A DNA stretch of 64,000 nucleotides from Azolla caroliniana (GCA_043228905.1 JBHGNT010000004.1:25606001-25670000); one strand, 5' to 3'. Counted from the first letter of the stretch, positions 1-14,304 are shown. Notes: a model not told the origin generated them from the letters alone. Numbers and translations: made by a program.

Positions 1-599
1 ACTTCCCTAATCAACCCAATTTGGATGAAGGTTTTCGTGGTACTATTGGCCAAGACATGAACATCAGAGCTATGAACCAACACGATTGTTTTAATGGATC
101 TATATTGAGACATTTTAACCATCGAATGAACCAAAGTGATGGGCCATTGCCACCATCGACATCATTGCTAGAGTTACGAAACCCCATAGTAGATAATAAT
201 GCACTTCAAGAAACTAACCCCATGAGCATAGAAGATCTACAAAAGATGATTGATGAGCTTTTCGCCACGTGAACTTGACATGTTTATGGAGGATATGTGA
301 GTTTCCTTAAATGTGATATAAATATGCCTATAAACACTTTAGTCAACAAGGCAAACAATGCTTGTGAGGATGGCATGGGTCCCAAACATATTTATGGAGT
401 ACGTAGGTCCTATTCAATGTGGTATTGACATTAGGATGTAACCATATTGACGTCTCAATGGAAGATCCCTTGAGAAAACATAAGTTGTTTGATCGGATAT
501 GTAAATATAGAAATTGAACACTTACTAACTATAGTTGAACATGGCTTATACTTTGTTCTATAGGATAACTAGCTAGTTTGCTTGTGTGGGCCTGTTGAA

Positions 600-1460
600 G
601 GGGCAATTAAAGAAGATGGATGAGCTATTTTTCTCCACAAAAATAGATTTCAAAAAGACATTTCAAACCAAGATTCCCAAAATAATTGATTGCATTCATT
701 GAAAATTGATGCAAAAGTCTTTCTAAACTCTACATCCATTTGCGTACACAATTTTAGAATCTAATGATCGATTTTATTCCTAAAAAAACATGTTAAATAC
801 TTAACTTTATAAATGTAAAACCATCTCACAACCATTACGCTTCATGAGTGGCCAATTTTATTACCTTATACATGAAACAAGTTTCGCAAATATTTTCACG
901 TTTTGTGTTAGAACTAGATATTACCTTGTGCACCAAAGTTAATCTCACATTTCAGAAAGTGCATGTTTCAGACCCTTGAGACCTTGAACAAATTGTCATT
1001 AGTATTTCACCCTTAAACTAATGGCCAAAAGAGATCGGGTAGATCAAATCCTCAAGAAATATCTGTCTTGGATGATAACTTATCCATAAGATTATGAGAA
1101 GATCGAATTGTTAATATAGATGAGGCAAACCACACGAAGATCTTAGGGCGCGACCTTCAAAGTGAATACGCATGTGATTTGAGATATGAGCAATGGGGCA
1201 AGAATAAAACAAGAGAACGAGTGACATGATGTAAGACAAAATGTTGATGATTCTATGCAATGACTAATGTTAATATTCTTGAGATCAACTATGGTAAAAC
1301 TTGCCTTTATACATTTCAACATGGATTTCATGATTGGACCTTACAACTATACAATTACTAAGACTTACACCCAGTTTTTATCCCTTACGTTAACTAAAAG
1401 TGACAATTGGTATCATAGGATACGAGTGTTGGCAAAATTTGGGGTAGCCCAAAAATGATC
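600..1460 (+). mobile_element. Degenerate Ty3/Gypsy LTR-retrotransposon integrase remnant
   Basis: About 1000-1095 reads like a decayed 'FHPQTDGQ.ERVNQILE.YL...INY.Q' integrase motif (tttcacccttaaactaatggccaaaagaga...caaatcctcaagaaatatctg). 'MDFMIG' near 1321 resembles 'SMDFI..LP'. Many stops and frameshifts. Confidence 0.55.
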
Positions 1461-3129
1461 ACATAGAAGTAAAGATGTGAATGATGAATAATTTCATCCA
1501 AAAGCTAGAAAAAATTATCATTAAACACTACTTTGAGATCTACTTGGTAAAGTATTACCTTTAACACCTATAATTGTAGGATACTTAGGATACAGTACAC
1601 GTAGATTAAGTATGTTAGGTTGTCGGTATTGTCAAAGTATTCTACTTTTTTAAAATACTTAGATGATGTATTCTACCGATAATATATGTTAATTAATACA
1701 TGTAGAATATGTTAAAAATGCAGAATACATTAAATACTTCTTAAAAAATTTTGAGACATTACAAATTTGTTAAATATGTAAAATTCGAGAAACATTTTAA
1801 AATGGTTATTCTAAAATGTAGAGTACATATAGAATACTTTGGGGTATTCTAAAAAGTATTATAGACATAAAATACTCCTCCAACAAATAACTTTCATGGT
1901 TACATAGTTTAATGTGGATCAAGTATCCCATTATTGCATGTGAGGAAAATTGTTTTTGTAAGTCAGCCAATTGCAAAAGGTTAATATAGCTTAGGGCGTA
2001 ATTACATGCAAAAGGTTAATACTAACTATAGTGTCCAAAACTATTTGCAAAAAATGCATGAACAAGAAGGAAGCCCATTGATGGATGAGGCGAAATTGGT
2101 TGAAGATAGTTTGTTGTTGTTCAACACCAAATACAAGTTGAATGGTTAATTGTTCATGGGATAGTGATGGAAGGCATTGATAGAGATCTAACAGCCATTT
2201 GGCAATCTAAGAAAAGAGTGAGTACAACCAAGGGTAGCGAGGTTATGATCTCGAAAAGTCAAACTTGGGTGTTTGCGAAAGCCAACACATATGCCAAGAC
2301 CCAAAATGTAAAGCATCCATGCCGAGGACCACGGTGAATGAGTGCAAACATCTAACCTAGGCTATATGGTTAGTCCCATAGACCCTCATGAAAAAAACGA
2401 TGGTTTGATAGTAATATATAGTTCAAGCCCTTGAAAACAACTTGAATTAACCACAAATGGAAAACACATCCAACACAAACCCCTTAGAGGCTAGAGCTAA
2501 GTCTATAGGTGCCAGAAACTAAAGTGACACCATAACATTTTTATATCTTTTGAATAAATGCAACAAGTGATGAGCCATGAAAGAGAACATCACCCCAATC
2601 AATACTACAACATAATGATAAACAAAGCCAAGGACAGAATGGTTGAATCTGTTACATGTCCCATATTGACTCTATATAGATATGCCTTCATTAACAAGCC
2701 TATGGCAAAGTGCATAGAGACAAAAGCCAACTACTCAAAAGACATCACCATGTTGGCACCAATTCCCACCAAATGTAGGGATTGTCTTAACTTTTAAGTA
2801 TTTAAATCTTTGTAACTCAGTTGCACATTTTGGTAAATCTTGGTAACTCACCAATTCATAGTCTAAAGGCTAGGAAGATCACGATTAATCCCCTTGCTAA
2901 TAAACAGTGGAAAGGCAATACCAATTGTGTAGAATCTAGATAATGTTAGAAATAAGGCTAGTACACCAGGCCATGTTCCTCTCTCCAAAAGATTTACCCC
3001 TTTCTTTGCTAGGGTTTTCGAAGAAAACCACTAGACCTTTAACACAAGAAGCAAAAAAATCTAACAATGACCACATGATAACACCCACACAAACCGTTAA
3101 GAAGATAAACACTTATTCATATGAGAATG

Positions 3130-3600
3130 CAACAAACTAACATGCTTAAGAAGCAAACAACATGCTCTAGCAAAGAGCATATGTTACACTCACTCGTCCA
3201 TGCAAAGCATATGTTGCATTGTAGCAAATGTTAGGGGCATGACCATATAATATCCCATGGTAAGATATTATATGGCCATGCCCGTAACAACAAAGCATAT
3301 TTGCACACACCATGACACACACACAAACTCTAGCAACAATTGCATGTCCATATCACATCACTGACATGACCTAGCAAAGAGACGGTTTTCATCAATCACC
3401 TATGTACTCTAGCAAAGAGCATGTATTCATTTGAGCACACACCAATCTTCTACCAAAGAGCACACCGAGTCTCACAAAGCATCCATCCATTCACAAACCC
3501 ACAAGCTCTAGCAAAGAGTGTGCAGTCCAATGTCGCCTTTATGCTCAAGCAAAGAAACTAAATTCGCACCACATATGCACTCTAACAAAAAACATGCATC
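3130..3600. repeat. Degenerate array of a CTCTAGCAAAGAGCAT-like motif (probably TE-internal or LTR)
   Basis: The motif recurs near 3165, 3328, 3371, 3407, 3450, 3507 and 3580. Related words occur at about 22890-22990. Confidence 0.55.
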
Positions 3601-5023
3601 TTACACCCCACTTTCTTGCAAATTTAGAGGACACTTATATACGCATACATGTCTTATTTTCATGATGACGACTTTGTCAATCCCAACTGCAACAATGATA
3701 TCGATGGAGGCCATCATGTCAATGAATCACTCCATCTCTCTTGTATTCCCATCCCTCACCATGTGTGCAAGTTAAACTTTGTGCTATCATCTAGATCTAG
3801 CTACGAGAGCCCACATCCAACCATCGAGCTATACACTTTTGAACATGGTTGCTCCCACACCCACCATCAATAATAGTGGATCCCCCCATACAGTGAATAA
3901 AGAAGAGGGAAGCAATATAGATGTAGACCACGTTAACTACCTCTCTGTATATTGAACCATAATTCATTTCAGAATCATAAGTGTGTAAACTTCATGTGGC
4001 CAATGACCATCCACTTGGTAATTGGGCCTATCTCTAGCCTTCATTTGATTCTTAATGCATAGTTGTGAATATATTCATAACATGTAAGGTAAGATGATAT
4101 CAATGAATGCTACATGACAAGTTAATCTATGAATAACTTTACTCCCTCAAGTTATGCCTACGTTTTATAAAGGAAGGAGTATATTTGAGGCAATTACCGC
4201 GTTATCCAAGGCTCGACATTGTGATAATAACAAACAAACTTCCTTAGATATATGTTGTTATAAGTGTTGACAAGAGAACATGGGAAACGAGTACATAGTC
4301 ATCCTAAACATATTGATTATAATGATAAGAAACCCATGACGATCTATCGTGAATATCTCTTCTCTAGCCTTCGATTCTATACGCGACGAGATGACCACAT
4401 GCGAGTCGGGGTGGGATGATAGGTGAATTGAGATGTCCATGGGAGTACAAGGCGGGCCACGATGAATCAAATCAAGACATGCAAGCAGAGAGTAGAGAGC
4501 AGAAGAGAACCACGTGGTGGCACGTCGGATGTCCGCGGTAGATCGACAGACACGGCTAATAATCCGAACGCCGCTCGAATTGATCGGACCTGACACATGG
4601 CCAGGCCAAGCCCCACTAGACTCGATAAGCTCGGACATGTCCCGGTGGCGGTGTGTTGGATGTCCGGGTTAGATGGACGGGCACGGCCAGTCCGAGCCCC
4701 ACTTGACTTGATCGGACCTGGCATTGTATGTGCAGGCTCTAGTAGACTAGACTTGATCGGACCAAATACATATGGGGCCGAAGCAGAGGAGGACGTTGTG
4801 TGTTAGCATACATATTAGTGATATAATTCATTCACAAGCATCACCACCAAGACCTGGTGTTGGAGGAGAACCTTATCTACCTACATATGTAGTATGTAGT
4901 ATGTATGTACATACATACATACATACATGCATGTCCCTTCTTCCCCCCCACCCCTTGGGGCCTTCATGATCTGTGGAAGGGTTTTAGGCGAATGAACAGC
5001 TTCCAATCCTTGCACAGTGAGCT

Positions 5024-8000
5024 ATGGCCATGTACGTCCACGCCTCGCAGTTGCTGCCCCAGGGTCTCGCTGTTCCTTGCAGAAAATTGTCGCCACAGTT
5101 CAGAATCTGCTGTTCGTCAGACAAAGGAGGAGGAGTAGGGGTCATGTCCAGGTCACTGACTTTCTTTTGCTTTCATTTTTGCTCTGCAGATTACTACTGC
5201 CCCCGTTCTCCAAATCATACAGGATTTATGGTTTTAGAGATGTTCTTCTTTTTCGTATATACGTAACACATATGCATCCGACGTACATACGTACATTCAC
5301 ACATACACATACACATACATGTATACACATACATGCATAAATACACACACCTGCATATGTACATACATACACTAACATACATGCATATATACACACATGC
5401 TCACATTCATACGTACACACATGTTATAGATGTGCAGGCAGAATTGGTTATTTTCTGAGTGGATATGTATAGTTGATAGCAGAAAGTAGAACGTGTTTAA
5501 GGTTTGATTAATTGATAAATCCTACGTGTATAATTCTGTTGTCCTCAGGCGCACTTTGCACCATCAATTCAAAACTGTTAATGTGCTGTGTTTTACGTTA
5601 TTTTGCCCTTATCCAATGCACCTTTTTGTATTCATGCGCTGTATTCTTTTTTGGGCCATTGCATAAATTGATTCCTATGGTCTTAATTACAATTGATTTT
5701 GTGTCTTTGTCCATTGTTACATCAAAGTTTGGGCCTTTCAAAAATTGAGTTCTATTGCTGCAGATGTGGTCCATGGGCCAGTATCAGGGACCCACTTGAA
5801 GTGAAACCTAAAAAGCTTTCTCTTCAGAAGGGAATGCTAGTTGAATTTAGAAAGGATTCTGGTAGAACTCTGCTGGGTGTTACTCAGAACCAAGAAGGCA
5901 AGAGAAATTGGTGTGTTATTGATCAGGTGGTCATCATCCCTACATTCAAAACTATAAAAATGTTGGTGTATATTTTCTCCATCAAGTCATCATTACATTA
6001 ACGTTGTTTTTCAACTGGTAGCCAGTTTTGAATTCGTTTAATTGTAAATATTGAATCTTGTGTATTTAACCTCAAGGACTATGGAACTTATTTCCATTTA
6101 TCGTATCCCAATTCCAGCTGATTAAAAACAAATTAAAGAGATGAACCAAGGATTATTCATACATTTCCATCAGAGACAGTTGAGACATTAAAAGGACAAT
6201 CAGATACATCCAAAATTATCCAAGTTATGGTTCAAAACATCAAAAAATATTCAAATAAAGCAAAATGTTGTCCATCTGTTCAATTAGGGCTGGCTAAACT
6301 TTTTGGGATAACCATTCATATACCTAGAGTTAGTAGTCATCCCACATATGAAACAATGATTTGTTGTTTTTCTAGGGTTTTGCCCAAACTATAAAGACGA
6401 GATTATATGATACCATTAGCAATAAGCCATTTGCCTCCACTAGAGTCCTCACTATGTTTACTGCACTTGCTCTCACTTTTTCTCTTCTTGTTTTCTATGT
6501 GCCCACTCTGAGACAAACATAAAAGAAATAATAAAACTAGGAGTCCTCCATGAGTAGCTTCCTACAAAATTAGGAGGATGTTCAAGATCAAGTGTCTGCC
6601 TTTACACGTTTGCCTCACCAATATTTGTAATCCTTATAATTACCTTACCCTAGTGGTAAGTTGTTAGCACTACAAGCACTGCGTTTTGGGTTCAAAACCC
6701 AACTTCGTCACCTCTCTATTAGCCTTGAAGTTCCTTCAAATCATAGATGGAATGAATGTGCTACACGCCGCTTAGAGACGGGTAAGCGAGCATACTATGC
6801 ATTTGAGAACACATGCAATCTTGGAGATATTAAGTGTTGGGTCCTCAAGAAATATCTTTTTGACACTTTGGTGACACCGGTTCTTCTCTATGGGGTGGAA
6901 GTATGGAGCGGTAGCATCCCTAAATCTATGTGGAAAGAGTTTGAAAATGTCCAAAAACATTTTCTTACAAAGTTTCTACAAGTTAAGAAACAAACGCACC
7001 CTCCTCCTCCTTGAGACGGGATCGCTTCCCATTAAGATCATGGCCATGGAAAGGGTTGTTGAATACATACTTAAGGTTCAAAAAAGTCCCTCACATCGAC
7101 TTCCTAGAATTGCATGGAAAGCAAGCAAAAGGATCGAAAAGATGCATAAAAGCAAAATTTTGTGTTCCGGTTGGATGCAAGATATAGGAAAATGGTTTGG
7201 TAGATGAGATGCGAGACACTTGCTTCATGATGCATCATTAGATTCCTCTGTAAATGAGGCCTTTTTGCAACGACAATTTATCATGACATGGGACAAATGT
7301 GGAGGCTCACGCTTCACACATTATACTACACATGTTGCACCTAACTACAAAACCATATTCTTTGTGGAACAGGGAAATCGTACACATCCATAGATGTTAG
7401 AGCCCATACCGTTATCTGCCATTCGAACAATTGCTTCCATGCGACTTAGTTCACATGCATTGCGATGCGAGACAGGGCGTTAGGGCACAAGTGATGAGAG
7501 TGGTCGGCTATGCACACTTTGCCCTAAACAAGTCCGCGAGTTTGAGTATCACACTTTGATACAATGCTCTGTATTTGATCATATTTGACCATGCTTTCCA
7601 CATCTCTTCAACCGAGCCCAATCCTTGCATGAATTCCTCTCACAACCACAATGTGCACTCTCGATTGCAACATTCATTGGTAAAGTTCTTGAACATCGAG
7701 AGTCACTACTCACTTTCACACGTATCACGTGAAATGTAATATTTTTGGTCTCATAGGTCATATTTGACCTTCGAAGACGATAATATAATCTATCTATCTC
7801 TACTAGCTGGACAGAACATACCGTTGTGCCAATCTTCAAGAGCACAAACCCCATGATGCTGAGAAATTATAGGAAAATCATGAATAGGCACTATTTTGAG
7901 TATATGCGCAGAGAGGAATGGCTGCCATTCAGCTGGACAGGCTGGCTTCAATAAGAAATTCATAACTTTGGATCACATATTGATCCTCAAAGCCTTTATG

Positions 8001-11000
8001 GATGCTTATGGAGGAGGGCAAAGCCCAGAAAAAGAGGATTTTATGTTGCTTTGGGGGTTTCCAAAAAGCCTTTGGCACTTTACCCCATGCTTAGCTCATG
8101 CAGCAGCTAGAAGCCCTTGGTTTCCCTGTAGATATGCAATGGGGAATCTATGTGTCAGGAAACATATGGTCTTCCAATGGTTTGTAGAAGGCTATGGCTT
8201 GCGCAATTGGAGAAAAAGAAGGATACCCACTTTCATCCATTTTTCTTGGTCTCTATTAGATGAGCTATCACATTACATAAAGAGATTTGGGGAAGCAAGC
8301 TTAGTGCGTATAGCAATATAGATATTACTATGGTGATAATTGGGCTGATCTCCAACTCCCCAAAAGGATTATAAAGACATCTAAGTGCTTTAAAAGCATT
8401 TTGTACTGGCAAAGGTTTGTCATTAAACCTGGAGAAAACTAAAGTGATGTTTTTTAACACACGCCAAGCATGGGTAATGAATCAGAACTAGAACTCTTTT
8501 TGCGAGAGGAAAAGGTTGCATACATATGGTCATACCTAGGGGGAACATTCATAGGGTGCCGGTTCCCATTACGGGAGGTTACTTGTGCACGACTTTCTGG
8601 TCTATATGCAGCTTCTGATACTCTTGAATGAAGAAGTGCACATATAAGAGTTCCAAGAGCTACAAACTAAATTGTGGCTATTTGATACACTTGTCACACA
8701 GACTCTTCTCTAAGGAGTAGAAACTCGGGGATTGTGTCTTCGGAAAGAAAATAACTGGAGAGATGTGGAGAGACCATTAGTCCCAATGTTTGCCTGCATT
8801 ATAAGGAGCAAAGCACCGGTGTTCCAATGAGATAATTTGGGTGGAGATGGGAGCAATCCTAATAATTATTAGGTATTATTCCAGTGAACGACCAGTATCC
8901 AAGGAGCTCCCGAAACAAAGATACTCAAGGTTTGCACTTATGTCAGCAAAACAACTCGCTGAACACAAATATAGTGTTCTTATGCTAAATTACAAGAATG
9001 GTTTATGTCACATGTCACAGTATAAATGCACTACCCATTTTCCAATATATTTGATTTGTCCCCATCTGAACATGACCAAAGTGGAAAAGAATAGAGTGAT
9101 CTGAATTGATATTATCAAATTAGATAACGGAAGAACATGGATCAGCCCCACAGCATCTCTTTTCAGGTTACAGTCATTGTGATAGGTCATGATTTCAGGG
9201 CAGGTGACAGTCAGCATGGCAGGTCAGTGCCCTTATCTGCTCTCAGCTCCCTTCAAATGGTAGAAAGATGGCCTACTAAGGCACACTTTTTATGCAATCA
9301 GATGACTGATTCATTATCAGGTCCTCTTATATGGATATACGTCAATTGCATGCATTGCCCAGTGTCATAGGGCAGCTGCAAACCTCTTTGCATCAGTTAA
9401 AGATTGAGGTAGGCAGATAGGCATTGACACCTCTCATTGGTCCTGAGGATATTAATATTTCATTGTTTTCATCATTATCAATCTCTATCTTGTTTAACAT
9501 GAAGGACATCGTTCATTTAGTAAAGAGACGATAAAGAAATTTTGATCTGCTGTTAAAAGTGTATGGCTTCAAGCATCACACGGTATAAATTATATTTGAT
9601 AGAGAGTTGTGTTGATTGGGATCTAAATTCTAATGCATCTCTTTGAGTAGCTATTGAAATGCTTTTTTTAGACACCAAGCACCCATCTAATAAGCATTTC
9701 AACTCTAGTTCAGAACGCAGAAACAAGCATCATACGACCAAATCAAATCAATCTTATCGTTCCAGGATCTGATAATTACAGTCTTGGAGACATGAACCAA
9801 TTGCTTCAAGAAATAGAGCACTTGCAGGTCTGCCTCCACTGAATTCATTTGCCTTCCTGAATTTTGGAAAAAATTGGTGAACCTCATACACTGCATTTCT
9901 TGCTTATAGGACCCTACACTTTTGGAGATGGCTTGGGAGGAAATATTGTTAAAAGAAAAAACGGTTGACATAGAACAATTGGCATTGGTAAGTTCTACTT
10001 TATGCACTTTTTTACCTTCGAATTTTTTATTTACAACTAAGGATTTGTTGATATTTTTCTTCACAGACTTTGTATGGAAATGCTGGTCCAGACAAGTGCT
10101 ATAGTGCATACAGGCTAATTGTATCTTATCCACATTATTTTAAATGTAAAGATGGTGGATATTCACCGAAATACGAACCACGGTCTCCATCACAGGTCTT
10201 TATCTTTAAAAAGAAATATTATCAATTTTCTATAAAGGAGATGTAGCTATTGCCGAGTTAATTTCACCTCACCCGATGATCATGATTTTCTAACATAGAC
10301 ATGGTGTTTCTAGTACATGTGCGTGGGCTGGCAATGATGAAATATCCCAGAGAGATTAGATTGTTTGGAATTTACTGACTTTTGTTTGCACGTTTAATAT
10401 GTCATATTTTGTTTTACAATAATGGTTATTTTGTTCATGTCCGCAAGCTTATCAATTAGCACACTTATGAAAATTTGTATATGAGAGAGAGTGTGTTGAC
10501 ACTTAAAAAGATGAAAAAGTATTTAATAGCTCATGTGATTTTCACATACCTCTTTCTTTCCATTTTTTTTATTTTCTTCTGTTTGTGGTTTTATTAATTC
10601 TAGATTTTTTATTTGTCCTTACTGAGGTATGAGACATATACCTGGGTGGTGTGCGTAAGTTTTAACTTAGCCAATGTACTTATCCCTGTAGATTTTGTTC
10701 GAGATGAAAGGTCTATGTTATGTGTTTTTGCATGTTATCCTTTTCATTTCTTAATTTAATATGTTCTGTATCTCAGGTGTATCTCAGGGGAGTTTGGTTC
10801 ATTTTGTATGAGGTTAAAACCTTTAGTTTGTTTATGTCCCACTATCTGACCATTTATAATATTGGGTTTTGTCCAAGGTGAAAGATCTCCAAATTCAGAA
10901 ACTGCAAGAGGAAAAGGCTCAGCGACATCTCATGGAATTTGTAGAGTATGTAAAGTCATCAATGCACCTGCCATTGGAAGAAAGGCTAACCCGCAGCTCC

Positions 11001-14000
11001 TGGGATTCTAAAGCAGCATTCACGGTCTACTTGGAATCCCTTAAACTGTTTGCTTTAGAGATATGCAAATCTTCAGAGCTACGAAATACTGCAATACAGG
11101 TGTGGTCATGGCGATGATTTTCTGTGGTATTTTTCCCATTAAACCACCTTGCCACAAATATCTCTTCACGCCAATGATATTTACTCTTTTCATTCTATTA
11201 TGGTTCAACAGGTGTTGGAGGCATTGAAGGTGAACAAGACGCCAGCTAGTGCTGTAAATTTGTTGGTTCAGATGGGATATTTCCAAGTGCATGAAAACCT
11301 TTACCTTTTGAAGCTAGACATACCCATAGATTTTTCTACCAAAGCTCTTGTAGAAGTGGAAAATATCAAAACCAGACCCCCTTATGATGTGGATATGGTG
11401 CGAGGAACATTTTCCTTCTTGAAGTAATAACATTTAGAGTTCTCGATGGTTAAAGATATCTCTTCTTTGTTTTCTACCACAGGATAATAGAGTCGATCTT
11501 ACTGCATTACGTGTATACACAATTGACTGTGAAGATCCAGATGAGGTGCATGAGTCCCTTCGAAACCCTTGATTTATTGATGGTTATTCAGGGTGATGCT
11601 TTGATGTAGGTATGTGGATTGGAGTTTAATGATAGCTTTTGGGATGACCTTAGATAGATGATGGACTCAGTGCAGTCCAATTACCTGATGGTCGAGTGAA
11701 ATTATGGATACATATAGCTGATCCTACAAGATGGATTGAATGGAATAGCATATTGCAGAAGTAGGTGAGGTTTATTCATATCAAATGAATCAAATCAAAT
11801 GTGTGGCCATTGTGACAGGTTTTAGTTGATTGACAGGGAGGCAAGCCAGAGATGCACATCAGTCTATCTACCAACAATGACGATTCCAATGTTTCCCAAA
11901 GATTTGAGTGTTGAGCTTATGAGCTTAAGACAAGGACAGTGTTGTTCAGCTGTCAGTGTATCTGTAACATTATCGCCTGATGGCAGGTATAACTGGCAAC
12001 ATCGTTTTAGAATATAATTCCCTTTTCCTAATCCCCAATTCAATACTAGCTAGATCCAGTGAGGGTTGAAACAAGATCGAAGAAACTCTAACATTATGGC
12101 ATCAGAAACTTTTCATGATGCATTCATTGATGTTGAAATTTATTTGTCCAAGCAGCATTGCAGAGAGCACCATAGAAAACTCAACAATCTTACCAACTTA
12201 TAAGATGTCCTACGAAGCTGCTTCAGAGCTTCTTTCCTTCGATTTAGAAGAGGAAGTGGACTTGTCACTTCTGTATAAGGCTGCTTTGCTTCGGAAAGGA
12301 TGGCGACATGCAAATGTATGGCTCACTAGTGGGTTTTATCCTTGCTGTAGTTGCTATATTTTCAACGTTTTAGATAATTGCTGTGTTTATCTATGCCAGG
12401 GTGCGTTGGACTCTTTTTTGCCAAATGTGAATGTTAATGTAAAAGACGAGCAAACAACAAATCCAAAAATAACACTTTCTGTTGACGATCAATCTAATCC
12501 ATCAACCATATTAGTAACAGAGATGATGCTCCTATGTGGGGAAGTGATAGCAGAATTTGGTTTTAGAAAGGGGCTAAGTCTCCCTTACAGGGGACAGGCT
12601 GCAAATGAAGATGCAAAGAAAGCATTGCAATCAATACCAGAGGGACCAGCACGGGCAATGGCATCCATTCGATGCATGTTACCTGCAGAAATGAGCTTCC
12701 AGAAGCCCTTGGAACATGCAGTCCTTGGACTTCCTGGATATGTACAATTCAGTTCTCCTTTACGTAGATATTCCGATCTCTTGGTTCATTATCAGGTGTG
12801 ATCTCATAAGAATTTCCTATAATATGATCATTGAAAATGAAAGCTTGATTAATATGTTCATTGCCCATATTTATCATGGTCCTCGTGACATAATTGGAAT
12901 CGTAGATCTTTGTCATGAAGCGCAGAATTAATGAGCAATATCTTACAATTTTCTACTTGTTCTCATGCATGTTAGTTTCCAGTAGTGCAACAAAGCCTGT
13001 AGGAACAACCGTGGACTTGAAAGAACTTGTATAGCAACAATCGATTGGAATATAGGACTCTCACCATTAGCTATACTGAAACATATGAGTTTTATGCATT
13101 AGCATCTACCTTCCTGCGAACCTGAGAGAATAACTTTCTTGGACTGAGGAAATAGGAATATTTTGTTAACCGTTGAATTTCCTATGTGAGGAGTTTCATC
13201 AATGTACACTGTCCTATTTATTATCATGCTGAATAGCCAACTCATTTTCACATGTATTTGCTGCATTAATGTTTGCTTCGTGTGATTATCTCTTTATCTA
13301 TTTCAAATTCTAATCCCTACTCTTTTCCATTGGCAGGTCAAGGCTGCACTTAGAGGTCAGGATCCTCCCATCCCAGCTGGATTACTAGAAGCATCCATGG
13401 CAACTATGAGTAGTAAATTCAAAATTGTCAAGAGGCTTCGATCAGATAGTGAGCGCTATTGGGTCTTAGAGTACCTTCGAAGGGAGCCATCTGACCGAAG
13501 GTACCATGCATGTGTCTTACGGTTGGAGAAGGATGACAGTGCAACAATCCTGCTTTCCGAGGTTTGAATTTGAAAAGCAATACAAAGGATTTCATTTTGT
13601 GTATAGCTGGATCCTTGTTTTAAATATTGTGGAAAATTGCAAGTTTTAGGGTTTATCCAGCACAGTAGTGATCTGTATATGCCTGAGTGTTATAAGACTA
13701 TGCATTTTAACTTGCATCTCTTCTAGGGATGAATAGGAATACTGTAACTTCTTCGTCAATATTGTGTTGTGCTACTTTTGGGCTCTACAAATGGGAATCA
13801 AAGCAAAATAACTACACTGATTTTGAAGAGAGGTGATCCAACTCATTTTTGAAGCAGACTAAACTCCATATGCAGTAGTTTTATCATAGCTCTGGTACCC
13901 AACTCGTCATCTTAGTCTATTCTCTATTTCTAGATTCATGTAAATGAAGAGATTAGCGACAGAAACTACCTGGCATGGTGTGTGGATTGCATGGAAAAAT

Positions 14001-14304
14001 CTCTACTACAGTGCATTGGTAATATTATCTTCACAAACTGTCTTCTTCACTACAGTTCTGTTTAGCACATAGGTAGAGCCTCCCCTGCGAAGTTAAAGTT
14101 ATGGATATGCTATATATAATAGTTTCAATTTTTTATTGGCAATTTTTGCATTCTCACATTTAAATATGTTGTGTATCGGTTTCTCAGGTAGGAATTCAGA
14201 ACCCAATGTACTTGAACTCCCGAAGGAAAGAAGGCGATGAGTTTTATGTTCGTGTAACCGATTCACAACCACGGAAAATCCTCTTGTCTTTGAAGGAAGC
14301 CTGA
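5024..14304 (+). CDS. RNR1: Ribonuclease II / RNB-domain 3'-5' exoribonuclease, chloroplast/mitochondrial (RNR1/RNase II-like), multi-exon
   Basis: Exon 1 resembles a transit peptide (MAMYVHASQLL...RICCSS). Further exons encode LQKGMLVEFRKDS, catalytic VYTIDCEDPDE|IDDGLS, WIHIADPT, TSVYLPT.TIPMFP, LVTEMMLLCGE and HAVLGLPGYVQFSSPLRRYSDLLVHYQ|VKA. Last exon ends LSLKEA-TGA at 14304. GT-AG introns. The start and exon 1-2 join (5151/5764) is inferred. Confidence 0.92.
6640..6712 (+). mobile_element. tRNA-derived (SINE-like) head with Pol III A and B boxes
   Basis: A-box-like TACCCTAGTGG at 6646-6656 and B-box GGTTCAAAACC at 6689-6699. The B-box sits in a perfect T-arm TTGGG-TTCAAAA-CCCAA (6686-6702), with tRNA-like spacing. 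No convincing acceptor or anticodon stems. Confidence 0.5.
6723..7800 (+). mobile_element. 5'-truncated non-LTR retrotransposon (LINE; RTEX/CR1-L2-like ORF2 C-terminus) in RNase II intron
   Basis: Encodes LFDTLVTPVLLYGVEVW, LLLETGSLP, RLSSHALRCETGR and LCTLC...EYHTLIQC (C-terminal Cys/His motif). Carries a frameshift near 7000 and a few stops. Ends in a short (TATC)n-like tail at about 7785-7800. Confidence 0.85.
7803..9420 (+). mobile_element. Older, more decayed LINE copy (reverse transcriptase region) in same intron
   Basis: Encodes SWTEHTVVPIFKS...NYRKI, QAGFNKKFITLDHILILKA, LSLNLEKTKVM, YLGG and WLFDTLVTQTLL*GVE (the same motif as the upstream copy). Many stops and frameshifts. Confidence 0.8.

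Noticed and set aside
6640-6712. Functional tRNA gene
   Set aside because: Only the T-arm and boxes fit. There is no acceptor or anticodon stem, so it is treated as a SINE-like relic.
13640-13655. Telomere-like TTTAGGG words scattered through the window
   Set aside because: These are isolated single copies, not arrays. Only those near gene starts were kept, as telo-boxes.
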